A stretch of 64,000 bases of DNA from Candidatus Zymogenaceae bacterium (GCA_016933535.1 JAFGAS010000072.1:1410-65409), one strand, 5' to 3'. Numbered from the stretch's first letter, positions 8,953-18,606 are shown. Numbers and translations: made by a program. The notes: a model not told the origin generated them from the letters alone.

Positions 8953-9384
8953 TCAATCTCTCCCGTGAGAGACGACCTTGCCGAATATCTCGACCAGCTG
9001 TTTTACCTCGTCGTCCGTCAGCGCGTCCTTGACCCTGTCGGCAAAATCGGCAAAGGCCTTCACCTCCGCCTCGATGAGCTCCGTCCCCTCCGGGGAAAGA
9101 TGTATGTACTGCACCCGCGAGTCGTCGGCCGACTGCGTCTTGGCCACCAGGCCGTTCTTGATGAGCCGTTGGACGCCGATGCTGGCCGAGGCCTTGGATA
9201 TCTTGAGATGGTCGGCCAGCCCGCTGACCGTGGGGCCGCCCAGGTGGAATATCGCCTCCAGGTAGATGAGCTGGTTTACCGTTACGTTGGAATATTTGCC
9301 GCGCCCGACGATCTCTTGTTTATACCGGGTGATGGAGGTGTGGAAGATCTCGGTTATCTGTATCAGTAGTTGTATGATATCCAT
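8953..9384 (-). CDS. MarR family transcriptional regulator
   Basis: Winged-helix region VNQLIYLEAIFHLGGPTVSGLADHLKISKASASIGVQRLIKNGLV...D.R...L...G, 143 aa. Confidence 0.85.
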   Translation of the reverse strand: MDIIQLLIQITEIFHTSITRYKQEIVGRGKYSNVTVNQLIYLEAIFHLGGPTVSGLADHLKISKASASIGVQRLIKNGLVAKTQSADDSRVQYIHLSPEGTELIEAEVKAFADFADRVKDALTDDEVKQLVEIFGKVVSHGRD

Positions 9385-9478
9385 GAGCCGGCCGCATAAT
9401 GTTAGTCTGTCTAACTAAATACAACGGATGGTTTGGTTTGTCAAGGGAAAAATAGATGGGGGGGACATGATGACTAAC

Positions 9479-9661
9479 GTCATTGCGAGGAGGCCCAACA
9501 GGGCCGACGTGGAAAAGCATAATAATGTCGCCTCCGGCGACGATTACTATTGTCATTGCGAGGAGCCGAAGGCGACGAAGCAACCTTCTCACTGTCACCG
9601 CACATATACCGTCATTGCGAGGCCGTCGTAGACGGCCGTGGCAATCCCCTCACTGTCACCG
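9479..9661. repeat. cluster of GTCATTGCGAGG...CACTGTCACC repeat units upstream of the GIY-YIG gene
   Basis: GTCATTGCGAGG occurs at 9479, 9552 and 9611. The units at 9552-9600 and 9611-9661 end in CTCACTGTCACCG. Confidence 0.6.
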
Positions 9662-9757
9662 TATAACAACGGATTGTCTTTTATCCCCTCCCCTGCTATG
9701 ATAGGCGTCGTTTATCAGCGCGGAAAAACAGTGGAAAAGCAATATTACACATACATT

Positions 9758-10018
9758 ATGACGAATACGTATCATACCGTCCTTTATATCGGGGTAACCA
9801 ACGATCTAAAGCGAAGGGTCTACGAGCATAAGGAAAAGCTGGTAAAGGGGTTTACGAAAACCTATAACATAACGAAGCTTGTCTATTACGAGTCATTCGC
9901 CGATCCGGCCAACGCGATACAGAGAGAGAAGCAACTAAAGGGACGCCCAAGGGCAAAGAAGATCGAACTGATAGAGAACTTCAATAAAGCATGGGACGAT
10001 CTTTACGATTCGATTTAG
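9758..10018 (+). CDS. GIY-YIG nuclease family protein (small, about 87 aa)
   Basis: YTYIMTNTYHTVLYIGVTNDLKRRVYEHK...GFTKTYNITKLVYYE...AIQREKQLKGRPRAKKIELI is the classic GIY-YIG/UvrC-N-like small-protein signature. The start was placed at the ATG at 9758. Confidence 0.8.
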   Translation: MTNTYHTVLYIGVTNDLKRRVYEHKEKLVKGFTKTYNITKLVYYESFADPANAIQREKQLKGRPRAKKIELIENFNKAWDDLYDSI

Positions 10019-10029
10019 CTTTAGTTACC

Positions 10030-10196
10030 CACTGTCATTGCGAGGGAGTCCGGCACTTCGGCTGTCATCGCGAGGGGCCGATAGGCCCCGTGGCGATCCC
10101 CTCGCGATCATCGAAAACGGCACTTCGCCGCAAGCCCAGGGGCGGTTCCCGGTGACAGTCAGGAGATTGCCACGGTCGTTTCACTCCCTCGCAATG
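10030..10196. repeat. downstream repeat units of the same family, including an inverted copy (CCTCGCAATGACGG at about 10183-10196)
   Basis: CACTGTCATTGCGAGGG at 10030-10046 and CTGTCATCGCGAGGGG at 10062-10077. The reverse-complement unit GGTGACAGTCAGGAGATTGCCACGG...CCCTCGCAATGAC at 10151-10194 is an inverted repeat relative to 9611-9661. Confidence 0.6.
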
Positions 10197-10423
10197 ACGG
10201 TACATATATAGGTATAAGAAAGGACCACACGCCTCCCTTTAATTCCTGCCGATAAATTTATCGAAAAAGCTTGACACTCGTTTAACAAAGATTTATCCTT
10301 TGGGTAGCAATGGGGCGGTCGCAGATGCCACAACTCGAAACACTCCTCACTTCTCCCTAAGCCTCCGTCTTATCACTCTATCGGGATTATATAACCGATG
10401 GTTACTAGAATTATGGAGCTAAA

Positions 10424-12598
10424 ATGAGGTATCCCAGTCAAGTGAACCGCCTTATCATCTTATGTATCTACGTGGCGCTACTTTTCATGGCTTCGAAGCT
10501 TGCACTTGATTCATGGATTCCACCTACAGGCGAAAAAGGCCTCTGGTTTTATGCCGGCCTTGCAGCCCTTCTATTGGGAAACCTTCTCGTTTCTCCATTC
10601 TATACCAAGCCTGTTAATTCGCTCTCTTATGGCGTATCTGCTCTTATAGCACTTCTGGCGATTAATCTATGGCCTTCTAAAGAATATTCTGGTTTCGACA
10701 AGTTCCTCTGGAGTGCTACTACTGGTTACATTGCACTAGTACTGGTTGCAAGTATACTCTCTATTAGCCTTAAGGACTCATTGCGACCTCAGATACAGAA
10801 GATTGCTAGTTCCATGCGTATCTTTTGTGACATTATGGGTACACCCAAGGTGATATTTTCTTCAGTTGTCTTAGTATCACTTGTTGTCTTCCACCGGAAT
10901 TCAGCAAGAGAATATATTATAATTGGAATTGCCTGGGCGGTCATAATCGGCCTACAACCATTAGAGAACATCCTCGATCTTCTGCGGCGATTACGGAAGG
11001 TTTGGTGGAGAGATCAGCTTTCGGCACCTCTAGGAATTGTCGTTGGACATCAAATCCCTGATATCCTATTGGTGCGGCAAAATGAAGGCGGTCTCGCCGC
11101 TTTCGGTGACACTATAGTTGCTTGTAGTGAAACAGGATCACCTAGTATCTATATGGCGTTGGACCTTGTCGGTTTCTCAGAGGGACGGTGGCGTCGTGCT
11201 ATTCGCCTTAACACACCGGAACCCGTCACCGAACAACTCGGTTCCGTCTTCAGTCAAGTTGAATCAACGGCCATTGCGGTTAAAGCTGATATTGACGGCA
11301 TTGGGGTAAATATTGAGGAATGTAATCAAACATGGTGCTCAAGGGAACAGCTAATTGGCTTGGTTGCACCAAACACCGACCTTACGAAACTATATATTGA
11401 AATCGTTCGAAGTGATTTATCGTTGGAAGAAGGACGTCTGGTCGAAGTCAACATAGGCGCCAGATCAGTTATTTATCAACTTATAAATGGTTTGACACGG
11501 GAGGAAATCTTACAACAGAAAAATACTAGGGGTTTTGTAAGTGCTACTGCGAAAAAGATTGGCTATTGGAACCCTGCAAAAAGCAGTTTTGAAGTTGTCA
11601 AGTGGATACCGAATCCGAACGCTCCTGTCTTTCTCGTTTCTTCATCTGATACCGGAGTAAATAAGCAAGCAGTGGGTTTCTTTCCAAAAACGAACTACCC
11701 GGTATCTATTAACACTAATAGCTTGGTTACTCATAATACGGCGATCCTAGGAATCCTAGGTTCAGGTAAATCCTTTCTCGCAATAGAACTCGTTGAGCGT
11801 TTAATCCAGGCTGGGGTTAAAGTAATATGTCTGGACCTAACGAATCAATACGCACGCGAACTTGGACCATATCTAAACCGACTTGAAGATGAGAACGTTT
11901 TCTTGGACAGACTACGTACTGACTGCTCGGACGGTAGAAATAATGTAAATAGGAATGTCGAAGAGGGTGGGAGTATATCAAAATTTAGCAGGGAAATGAC
12001 AGTACATTTCTCTAGGTTTCTTTCTACGGACGATGAACGTAGATTACTTATCTATAACCCGGCTTCTTTCGAGGTCTGGCGGCAGGACAGCAAACCGTAC
12101 CAAGATAAAGCATCAATGGCAACACTAACACCGACGGAAATTACGAGGACTATTACTGAATCCGCGTTAGTTGCAGCACAAGCGCTTGGCATGACAGACA
12201 ATGCTAGATGTTGTTTGGTTTTCGAGGAAGCACACTCGCTCATACCCGAATGGAACGCTGTCGCGAGTGAAGGTGATAAGACCGCCACAAATGGGACCGC
12301 AAAGGCTATACTACAAGGCAGGAAATTCGGCCTCGGGTGTATCGTGGTAACTCAACGAACTGCAAATGTCACCAAGAGTATACTCAATCAATGTAATACA
12401 GTTTTTGCACTTCGAGTATTCGATGCAACCGGCATGGAATTCCTCAAGAACTACATTGGAGAAGATTACGCCAATGTACTTTCTGCACTCGAGGATCGTC
12501 ACGCTGTCGTATTCGGTCGTGCTTCTTCATGTAGGGACCCAGTACTAGTCAGATTGAACGATAGAGAAACATTCCTGTCAGCGTTCAGAGGGGCGTAA
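10424..12598 (+). CDS. membrane-anchored HerA-like (DUF87 / FtsK-HerA superfamily) ATPase
   Basis: The N-terminal roughly 200 aa carries 5-6 TM helices. The C-terminal half has the HerA-type Walker A motif HNTAILGILGSGKS, Walker B CLVFEEAH, and GRKFGLGCIVVTQRTANVTKSILNQCNTVFALRV (the HerA arginine-finger / QCNT region). GGAG RBS. The gene is low-GC. Confidence 0.75.
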   Translation: MRYPSQVNRLIILCIYVALLFMASKLALDSWIPPTGEKGLWFYAGLAALLLGNLLVSPFYTKPVNSLSYGVSALIALLAINLWPSKEYSGFDKFLWSATTGYIALVLVASILSISLKDSLRPQIQKIASSMRIFCDIMGTPKVIFSSVVLVSLVVFHRNSAREYIIIGIAWAVIIGLQPLENILDLLRRLRKVWWRDQLSAPLGIVVGHQIPDILLVRQNEGGLAAFGDTIVACSETGSPSIYMALDLVGFSEGRWRRAIRLNTPEPVTEQLGSVFSQVESTAIAVKADIDGIGVNIEECNQTWCSREQLIGLVAPNTDLTKLYIEIVRSDLSLEEGRLVEVNIGARSVIYQLINGLTREEILQQKNTRGFVSATAKKIGYWNPAKSSFEVVKWIPNPNAPVFLVSSSDTGVNKQAVGFFPKTNYPVSINTNSLVTHNTAILGILGSGKSFLAIELVERLIQAGVKVICLDLTNQYARELGPYLNRLEDENVFLDRLRTDCSDGRNNVNRNVEEGGSISKFSREMTVHFSRFLSTDDERRLLIYNPASFEVWRQDSKPYQDKASMATLTPTEITRTITESALVAAQALGMTDNARCCLVFEEAHSLIPEWNAVASEGDKTATNGTAKAILQGRKFGLGCIVVTQRTANVTKSILNQCNTVFALRVFDATGMEFLKNYIGEDYANVLSALEDRHAVVFGRASSCRDPVLVRLNDRETFLSAFRGA

Positions 12599-12693
12599 GT
12601 CAATCTTCGTGCTTTGAAGTGAAAACTAAAGGGTCGAGTTTGGCTCTAGGTGTTAGTTGAAGGTCCCACTAAACAAGGAGAGCTATATCCAAA

Positions 12694-13965
12694 ATGATCG
12701 AAACAAAACCAAAACTAGGTGTCGCCATACTTGAGCGGCCTTTGTTGAGAGTATTAGAAACTCTTTGGGAAGGTCCAGTAGCGCCTGACAACCTGGACGC
12801 AATCGAACTAGCCATTCGCGCATTTCTAGTTTCCCCCGTACTGATAGCGTCTAGAGTGCAAGATAGTCAGTGGGGAACGGCCTGGGAAGACGTCGTTGAG
12901 GATCCATCGAAAGAGTCAATTGAGAATGACGAGGCTTTTAGAGACTCTCTTCTAGATTACGAGTTTTCGGACCCTAAAGTCGCACATCCTTATACAACCA
13001 TCAGCAGTGATGAAAGCGATTTCTTGAAATCACTGGTTTTAAAAGAGATAGAGCCTCAGGCATTAGAGGCGCTCCCAAGGTGGATTAAGAGAAACGGAGA
13101 AGCCTACGCTTATCTAGATGCCTGGTATGATGGCTATGCGGAGAAAGAGTGTGAAAACCGTGCGCGTCTAATGTATGGTTACAGAGATGAACTACTATAC
13201 GAAGATGAACTAGAAAAATTGGATAGAGACCACCTATATGCTCACCCACTTTTTCATCTCGGCCCAGCCAACCATGCAAACTACCTTGTAGGTTGTCATC
13301 GTGCAGGGCTTACTGTCTATGGTATATCCCCTATAACGAAGATTTGCGCTACCCACATTTTTTCAAAGTGGCCGGACTACCTATTTAAGACTCTAGGAGA
13401 GGAATATAAGAGAGCATCAGAGGAATTACGAGGACCTGGTATGGGGGTAACACTTCCCCCTTTAACCGCTCTTCTTCTTTCCCGCGCACGAACTAGAGAT
13501 GATATTCCAGTAACCCTCCGTGACTTAAGAGAAGAGTATACCGAGGCGCGCGATGAGCTTTGGAGTATGCTTTCGGAAATGTGGTTTGCTCCTACCTGCG
13601 AGGATCAGCTAAAGATACTTCGGCAGTTGAGTAATGCCGCAAGTTCGCTTTTCGTGGCTGCATTTCCTGAAAGATTTGACGCACTAGGTTTAGCCATTAG
13701 CGCCACGGACTTGCTGACCCTAACCGTATCCTCAACTTTATCGACCATTAGGGAGCATTTTAATCCGGGGGCACGCGTGGGGGCTATTTCTTTCGCATCG
13801 AAACTCGCTAAGGACTTGCGCCTTCATTTGTTGGGTTCACATCACATTCTGAAGCGACACTTTACCGAAGACGAATTGAAGGAATTTGGAACCGGGCGTC
13901 TATGTTGGGCCTTCTTTTTCGTCCTATCCGGCTTGCCTAACAATGCCATCCAGCCGAGAGAATAA
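12694..13965 (+). CDS. hypothetical protein, HerA-like ATPase partner (no recognisable domain)
   Basis: 423-aa ORF 95 nt downstream with an AAGGAGAG RBS. It has the same low GC. It is acidic, alpha-helical by composition, and has no motif I can assign. Confidence 0.6.
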   Translation: MIETKPKLGVAILERPLLRVLETLWEGPVAPDNLDAIELAIRAFLVSPVLIASRVQDSQWGTAWEDVVEDPSKESIENDEAFRDSLLDYEFSDPKVAHPYTTISSDESDFLKSLVLKEIEPQALEALPRWIKRNGEAYAYLDAWYDGYAEKECENRARLMYGYRDELLYEDELEKLDRDHLYAHPLFHLGPANHANYLVGCHRAGLTVYGISPITKICATHIFSKWPDYLFKTLGEEYKRASEELRGPGMGVTLPPLTALLLSRARTRDDIPVTLRDLREEYTEARDELWSMLSEMWFAPTCEDQLKILRQLSNAASSLFVAAFPERFDALGLAISATDLLTLTVSSTLSTIREHFNPGARVGAISFASKLAKDLRLHLLGSHHILKRHFTEDELKEFGTGRLCWAFFFVLSGLPNNAIQPRE

Positions 13966-14380
13966 ATTTCGATTCTTCTCGACACTGATACAACCCCTCG
14001 CCAGGAAAATAAGGAAGCCGCTAGACGATCCTCTCTTCCGCACTCATGACAACAACCACAACAATCTCCCTTCCTCTAGTAGTTACTGATAGTTGCATTG
14101 TTGCAGGGTAGTTGTGCTTATTACAACGACTTGTTGTACTTGTTGTTGTTGTCGCACTATTACCGGATACTATTACCGGATACCATCACCAACATCATCG
14201 CCCTCGATTCCTTCTCTTTCGGGTTAGGTGTATTCCCTTATCTCCCCCCCTACGAAAAAACACCCCCCTTTCTCATTACGCTTGCATTTTTCACCCAAAG
14301 CGTCTATTATCGTCCTACCTCTCCGTTCAGTACGACATACAGGCCCCATTTTCTTCGGACACATTCAGAGAAGGGACATC

Positions 14381-15061
14381 ATGGCCCGTTTTGAAATCTC
14401 CCAATTCAACGACAGAAACCCCAAGAAAAAGAACCACCCCCCCGGCCGCACAAAGATCGCCGATTCGCTGCGGCTGCTCTTGCGCGAAAAGGACTTCAAC
14501 GCCATCACCACCGCCGAGATCGCCAAGAACGCCGGGGTCACCGAGGCGCTCATCTACAAGTATTTCAAAGACAAGCGCGACCTCCTCTACCAGGTCCTTG
14601 CCGAATACATGGAGCATTACATCATCCAGGCCCACCACGAGCTCAACGGCATCAAGGGGGCCTTCAATAAGCTCAGAAAGACCATCTGGACCCACATCAA
14701 CGTCTATGCCACCGACCGCGTCTTCGCAAAGATCCTGATGCTGGAGGTCAGGAGCTTCTCCGACTATTACATCAGCGAGCCCTACCGGCTCGTCAAGGAA
14801 TACAGCGTCCTGCTTTCCGACATCATCGAGGAGGGCATCAAGAACGGCGAGATCAGGGACGACATCCCTCCCCCGCTCATGTGCCAGGTGATCCTGGGGG
14901 GGATAGAGCACGTCTGCCTGACCAGGGTGATCTTCAACCGGGAGATCCAGCCCGACGCGATGACCGACGACCTTACCAGGATCATCTTCCGGGGCATCGA
15001 AAATCGCAAAGGCGACCGAGAAAAAAAAGGAGGCAATCCGGATAATTTTCTTGACAAATAA
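14381..15061 (+). CDS. TetR/AcrR family transcriptional regulator
   Basis: N-terminal HTH LREKDFNAITTAEIAKNAGVTEALIYKYFKDKRDLL. The start was moved to the ATG at 14381; the upstream part of the track ORF is a low-complexity extension. Confidence 0.85.
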   Translation: MARFEISQFNDRNPKKKNHPPGRTKIADSLRLLLREKDFNAITTAEIAKNAGVTEALIYKYFKDKRDLLYQVLAEYMEHYIIQAHHELNGIKGAFNKLRKTIWTHINVYATDRVFAKILMLEVRSFSDYYISEPYRLVKEYSVLLSDIIEEGIKNGEIRDDIPPPLMCQVILGGIEHVCLTRVIFNREIQPDAMTDDLTRIIFRGIENRKGDREKKGGNPDNFLDK

Positions 15062-15181
15062 TGGTAAGTTAGTATCATTTACCCGCCGGGTGTTTGGTTC
15101 GGCTATTGGATAATATCCAATAATAATGAACCTTTATATCATATTAGTTTTATTTACTAACACACGGTACGGAGTCATGAC

Positions 15182-16882
15182 ATGAAACGAGAACGCTTCT
15201 GGACCAAATCCTACGGTCAAGAGATCAAAGACGTCGATCCGAAGCTTTTTGAAACCAGCACCGTCGACCTCTACAGACAGACGATCGCCAAGAATGCCAA
15301 GATTCCAGCCTACATCTTCATGGGCGTTCCCTTCACCTTTGCCGAGTTTGACCGCCTTACCAACCAGTTTGCCAACATGCTGATCGCTAACGGGCTGAAA
15401 AAGGGCGACGTCGTGGGGATCAACCTGCCCAACGTCCCGGCCTATCCCATCGCCTGGCTGGGCACGCTCAAGGCCGGCTGCGTCGTCACCGGCATATCGC
15501 CGCTCTTGTCTACCGACGAGATGGAGCACCAGCTGCGCGATTCCGAGGCCAAGGCCCTGGTCACGCTGGACGTGCTCTTCGCGTTCCGCGTCGTCGGTAT
15601 TGCGCCCAAGCTCCCCAAGCTCAAGGTGGTCGTGGCCGGCAGCGTCGTCGATTTCCTGCCCAAGATCAAGCAGTTCCTGGCCAAGAAACTCAAGAAGGTC
15701 CCCACCGGGCCCGTCACCCCGCTTGCGGGAAAGACCGTCTACACGGTGATGGACGTCCTCAAAAAGGGGGCGTTCCCGGACACGGACCCTGCCGTCAAGA
15801 CCGGCCCGGACGACACCGCCATGCTCATGTATACCGGGGGAACCACCGGGGTCCCCAAGGGCGCAATCCTCACCCACCGCAACAACGTGGCCGAGATCCT
15901 CGTTACCACCCGCTATATGCAGTGGGACACCGTGCAGGACAGGGTGCTGTCGGCCTTCCCGATGTTTCACATCGCCGGCATGGCCTTTAACGAGATATCC
16001 CTCTACAACGGCTGGACTCAAATCCTCCTGCCGGATCCCCGCAACACCGATTACATCTGCGACATGCTCAAAAAGTACAAGCCCTTTCTCATCGCCAACG
16101 TCCCCTCGCTTTACCACATGCTCATGGCAAACCCGCGGTTCAAGACCCTGGACCACTCTAACCTCCAGCAGTGCATATCGGCGGCGGCCCCGTTCCCCGT
16201 GGAATCCCAGAAGGAGCTCGAATCCACCATCGGCAAAAACAAGCTCATCGAGCTCTACGGCATGACCGAGACCACCGCCGTCTGCGTCATGAATCCCCTC
16301 AAAGGACAGCACAAGCTGGGCACCATCGGGCTCCCCCTGCCCAACACCGATATCAAGCTCGTAGAGCCGGGCACCGGCAACGACGTTGACCTGGGCCAGC
16401 CCGGTGAGTTCTGCATCAAGTGCCCCAACCTGATGGGGGCCTACTATAAAAAACCCGAAGAAACCAGGCTCGCCTTTGACGGCGAGGGATATTTTCACAC
16501 CGGCGACGTGATGGTCCAGGACAAGGACGGCTACCTGACGATCGTCGACCGCACGAAGGATATGATCATCGTCTCGGGATTCAAGGTATTCTCCAAGAAG
16601 GTCGAGGACATCCTGGCCAAGCACCCCGCCGTCGAGATGATCGCCACCATCGGCCTGCCCGACCCCAAGAGGCCGGGCTCCGAGCTCGTCAAGGCCTACA
16701 TGACCGTGGTCTCCGGCTACGACTACGGCGGCGATGAAGATAGGCTCAAGGCCGAGGTCCTGGCCCTGGCCAAGGATAAGCTGGCCCCCTACGAGGTGCC
16801 CAAGGAGATCGAGATCAGAAAGGAGCTGCCGCTGACCAGCGTCGGAAAACTCGACAAAAAGCAGCTCAGGAAAAACCCGTAG
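15182..16882 (+). CDS. AMP-dependent acyl-CoA synthetase/ligase
   Basis: AMP-binding motif MYTGGTTGVPKGA, GEFCIKCPNLMGAYY and the C-terminal conserved K region, 566 aa. Confidence 0.9.
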   Translation: MKRERFWTKSYGQEIKDVDPKLFETSTVDLYRQTIAKNAKIPAYIFMGVPFTFAEFDRLTNQFANMLIANGLKKGDVVGINLPNVPAYPIAWLGTLKAGCVVTGISPLLSTDEMEHQLRDSEAKALVTLDVLFAFRVVGIAPKLPKLKVVVAGSVVDFLPKIKQFLAKKLKKVPTGPVTPLAGKTVYTVMDVLKKGAFPDTDPAVKTGPDDTAMLMYTGGTTGVPKGAILTHRNNVAEILVTTRYMQWDTVQDRVLSAFPMFHIAGMAFNEISLYNGWTQILLPDPRNTDYICDMLKKYKPFLIANVPSLYHMLMANPRFKTLDHSNLQQCISAAAPFPVESQKELESTIGKNKLIELYGMTETTAVCVMNPLKGQHKLGTIGLPLPNTDIKLVEPGTGNDVDLGQPGEFCIKCPNLMGAYYKKPEETRLAFDGEGYFHTGDVMVQDKDGYLTIVDRTKDMIIVSGFKVFSKKVEDILAKHPAVEMIATIGLPDPKRPGSELVKAYMTVVSGYDYGGDEDRLKAEVLALAKDKLAPYEVPKEIEIRKELPLTSVGKLDKKQLRKNP

Positions 16883-17052
16883 TCCCGACGAAACCGGCTT
16901 CCCGCGGGCATGTCGTATGTGCCCGGGCCGTGCCGGCCGAAAGTAGGTATAAGAGAACACCGGTGGGAGGACGATCTCCCGCGCCGGGCCGTGGCGGTTG
17001 CCTGCCGCTGGTATGCCCGGCATAGTGATTTATATTATTCATGGAGGTTCAT

Positions 17053-18024
17053 ATGAAAGCGGAAGAGTATATCTGGGATTACCGCAATCCCTACCTCTGG
17101 ATGGATCGGGTGGTGCGCAGCGCGTTTCCGCCGATGATGATCACGTGCGCCATTACCGGCGGCGTCCAGGGCAAGGAATCCAACGAGTTTCTCCCGGAGT
17201 CCGCCGAGGAGCAGGCCGACGCCGTGTACGAGGCCTACAAGGCCGGCGCCGTTTCCGTGCACCTGCACGCCCGGGATCCCAACAACCTGGCCCTGACCAC
17301 CAAGAATCCCGAGGATTATTCGAGGATCAACAAGCTCATCCGGGAGCGTTGTCCGGACATCATCATCAACAACACCACCGGCGGCGGCCCCTGGCTCTCC
17401 ACCGAGGAGCGCATGTGCTGCCTCTATGCCGATCCCAAGCCGGATATGGCCAGCCTCAACCTCGGCCCCTTCGTCCTCAAGGTCCCCCTCAAGGACCGTA
17501 AGGAGCCCCTGAAACACCCGCGGGCGGGCTTTATGTTCGACGCCTGTATCCCGGCCAGCTACGCGGACGTCAACCTCTATGCCAAGACAATGAAGGAAAA
17601 GGGCATCAAGCCCGAGGTGGAGCTCTACAACCCCGGCCAGTACCACGTGCTCCAGGACCTCATCCGGGAAGGGAACATCGACGGCCCCTACATGATCCAG
17701 TACGTCATGGGATTCCAGACCTCGTCGTATCCGACGCCGGCCAACGTGCTGGGTCTGATCAACGAGCTGCCGCCCAACTCCATGTTTGCCCTTATCGGCG
17801 TTGGACCGTTCCAGATCCCGATGAACGTCTTTTCGATCATCCTGGGCGGGCATGTCCGAGTCGGCATGGAAGACAACCTCTACTATCGGAAGGGCGAAAA
17901 ACTTAAAAAGAACGCCCAGCTCGTCGAACGGATCATCCGGATCGCAAAAGAGATGAACCGGGAGGTGGCCACCGTCGCCCAGGCCCGGGAGATGCTGGGG
18001 CTTCCCGCAAAACCCGCAAAATAG
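17053..18024 (+). CDS. BKACE family enzyme (3-keto-5-aminohexanoate cleavage enzyme-like, DUF849)
   Basis: PMMITCAITGG motif plus TIM-barrel BKACE-like conservation. The start is at the ATG at 17053 after GGAGG. Confidence 0.7.
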   Translation: MKAEEYIWDYRNPYLWMDRVVRSAFPPMMITCAITGGVQGKESNEFLPESAEEQADAVYEAYKAGAVSVHLHARDPNNLALTTKNPEDYSRINKLIRERCPDIIINNTTGGGPWLSTEERMCCLYADPKPDMASLNLGPFVLKVPLKDRKEPLKHPRAGFMFDACIPASYADVNLYAKTMKEKGIKPEVELYNPGQYHVLQDLIREGNIDGPYMIQYVMGFQTSSYPTPANVLGLINELPPNSMFALIGVGPFQIPMNVFSIILGGHVRVGMEDNLYYRKGEKLKKNAQLVERIIRIAKEMNREVATVAQAREMLGLPAKPAK

Positions 18025-18100
18025 CACATTCATCCGGCGGCGGAACGCACGGCGCGTCCCGCCCGGTTCCGCCGCCGTCCATTCCTTTCTGGAGGTTCAC

Positions 18101-18559
18101 ATGGGCGATTGGAAGAGCGAAGTAAAAAACATTGTCTACGAAGGGCAGATCAAGGTCCCCTACAAATGGAACGTGGGGGAAACCGGCAGCCGCTTTTTCA
18201 TCGGGCTGCGGGATAAGCAGGAGATCTGGGGAGTTCAGTGCCCCCAGTGCAAGAAGGTCTACGTCCCGCCGCTCAAGACCTGCGGCACCTGTTTTGTTAA
18301 CACCGATCAGTGGGTCAAGGTCGCCAACACCGGCACCGTGGAGTCTTTTACCGTGGTCAACTACTCCCACGGCATGCAGCCGGCAAAGCCGCCCCTGGTC
18401 TACGGGCTCATCAAGCTGGACGGAGCCGGCGGGTCTTTTGTCCACCTGATCGGCGGCATCGATCCCGCCAAGGTCGCTATGGGCATGAAGGTAAAGGCGG
18501 TCTTCGCCGACAAGCGGGAAGGCACCATCCTTGATATCAAGCATTTTGCTCCCGTTTGA
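18101..18559 (+). CDS. Zn-ribbon / OB-fold protein (DUF35), SCP-x thiolase partner
   Basis: CPQCKKVYVPPLKTCGTC rubredoxin-like zinc ribbon followed by an OB fold, 152 aa. It is adjacent to a thiolase-like gene. Confidence 0.8.
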   Translation: MGDWKSEVKNIVYEGQIKVPYKWNVGETGSRFFIGLRDKQEIWGVQCPQCKKVYVPPLKTCGTCFVNTDQWVKVANTGTVESFTVVNYSHGMQPAKPPLVYGLIKLDGAGGSFVHLIGGIDPAKVAMGMKVKAVFADKREGTILDIKHFAPV

Positions 18560-18606
18560 TTTTATCGTGCCTTCATTGGAACGATTATTCACTGAGGTAT
18601 ATTGTT

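Noticed and set aside
9420-10200. Possibility that the GTCATTGCGAGG repeat cluster is a CRISPR array
   Set aside because: The units are irregularly spaced, occur in both orientations, flank a protein-coding gene, and have no uniform spacers. No cas genes are in the window.
15134-17023. 629-aa minus-strand ORF
   Set aside because: It is antisense to the acyl-CoA ligase with its clear AMP-binding motifs and has no recognisable domains.
17035-18033. 332-aa minus-strand ORF
   Set aside because: It is antisense to the BKACE gene. It is a GC-rich artefact.
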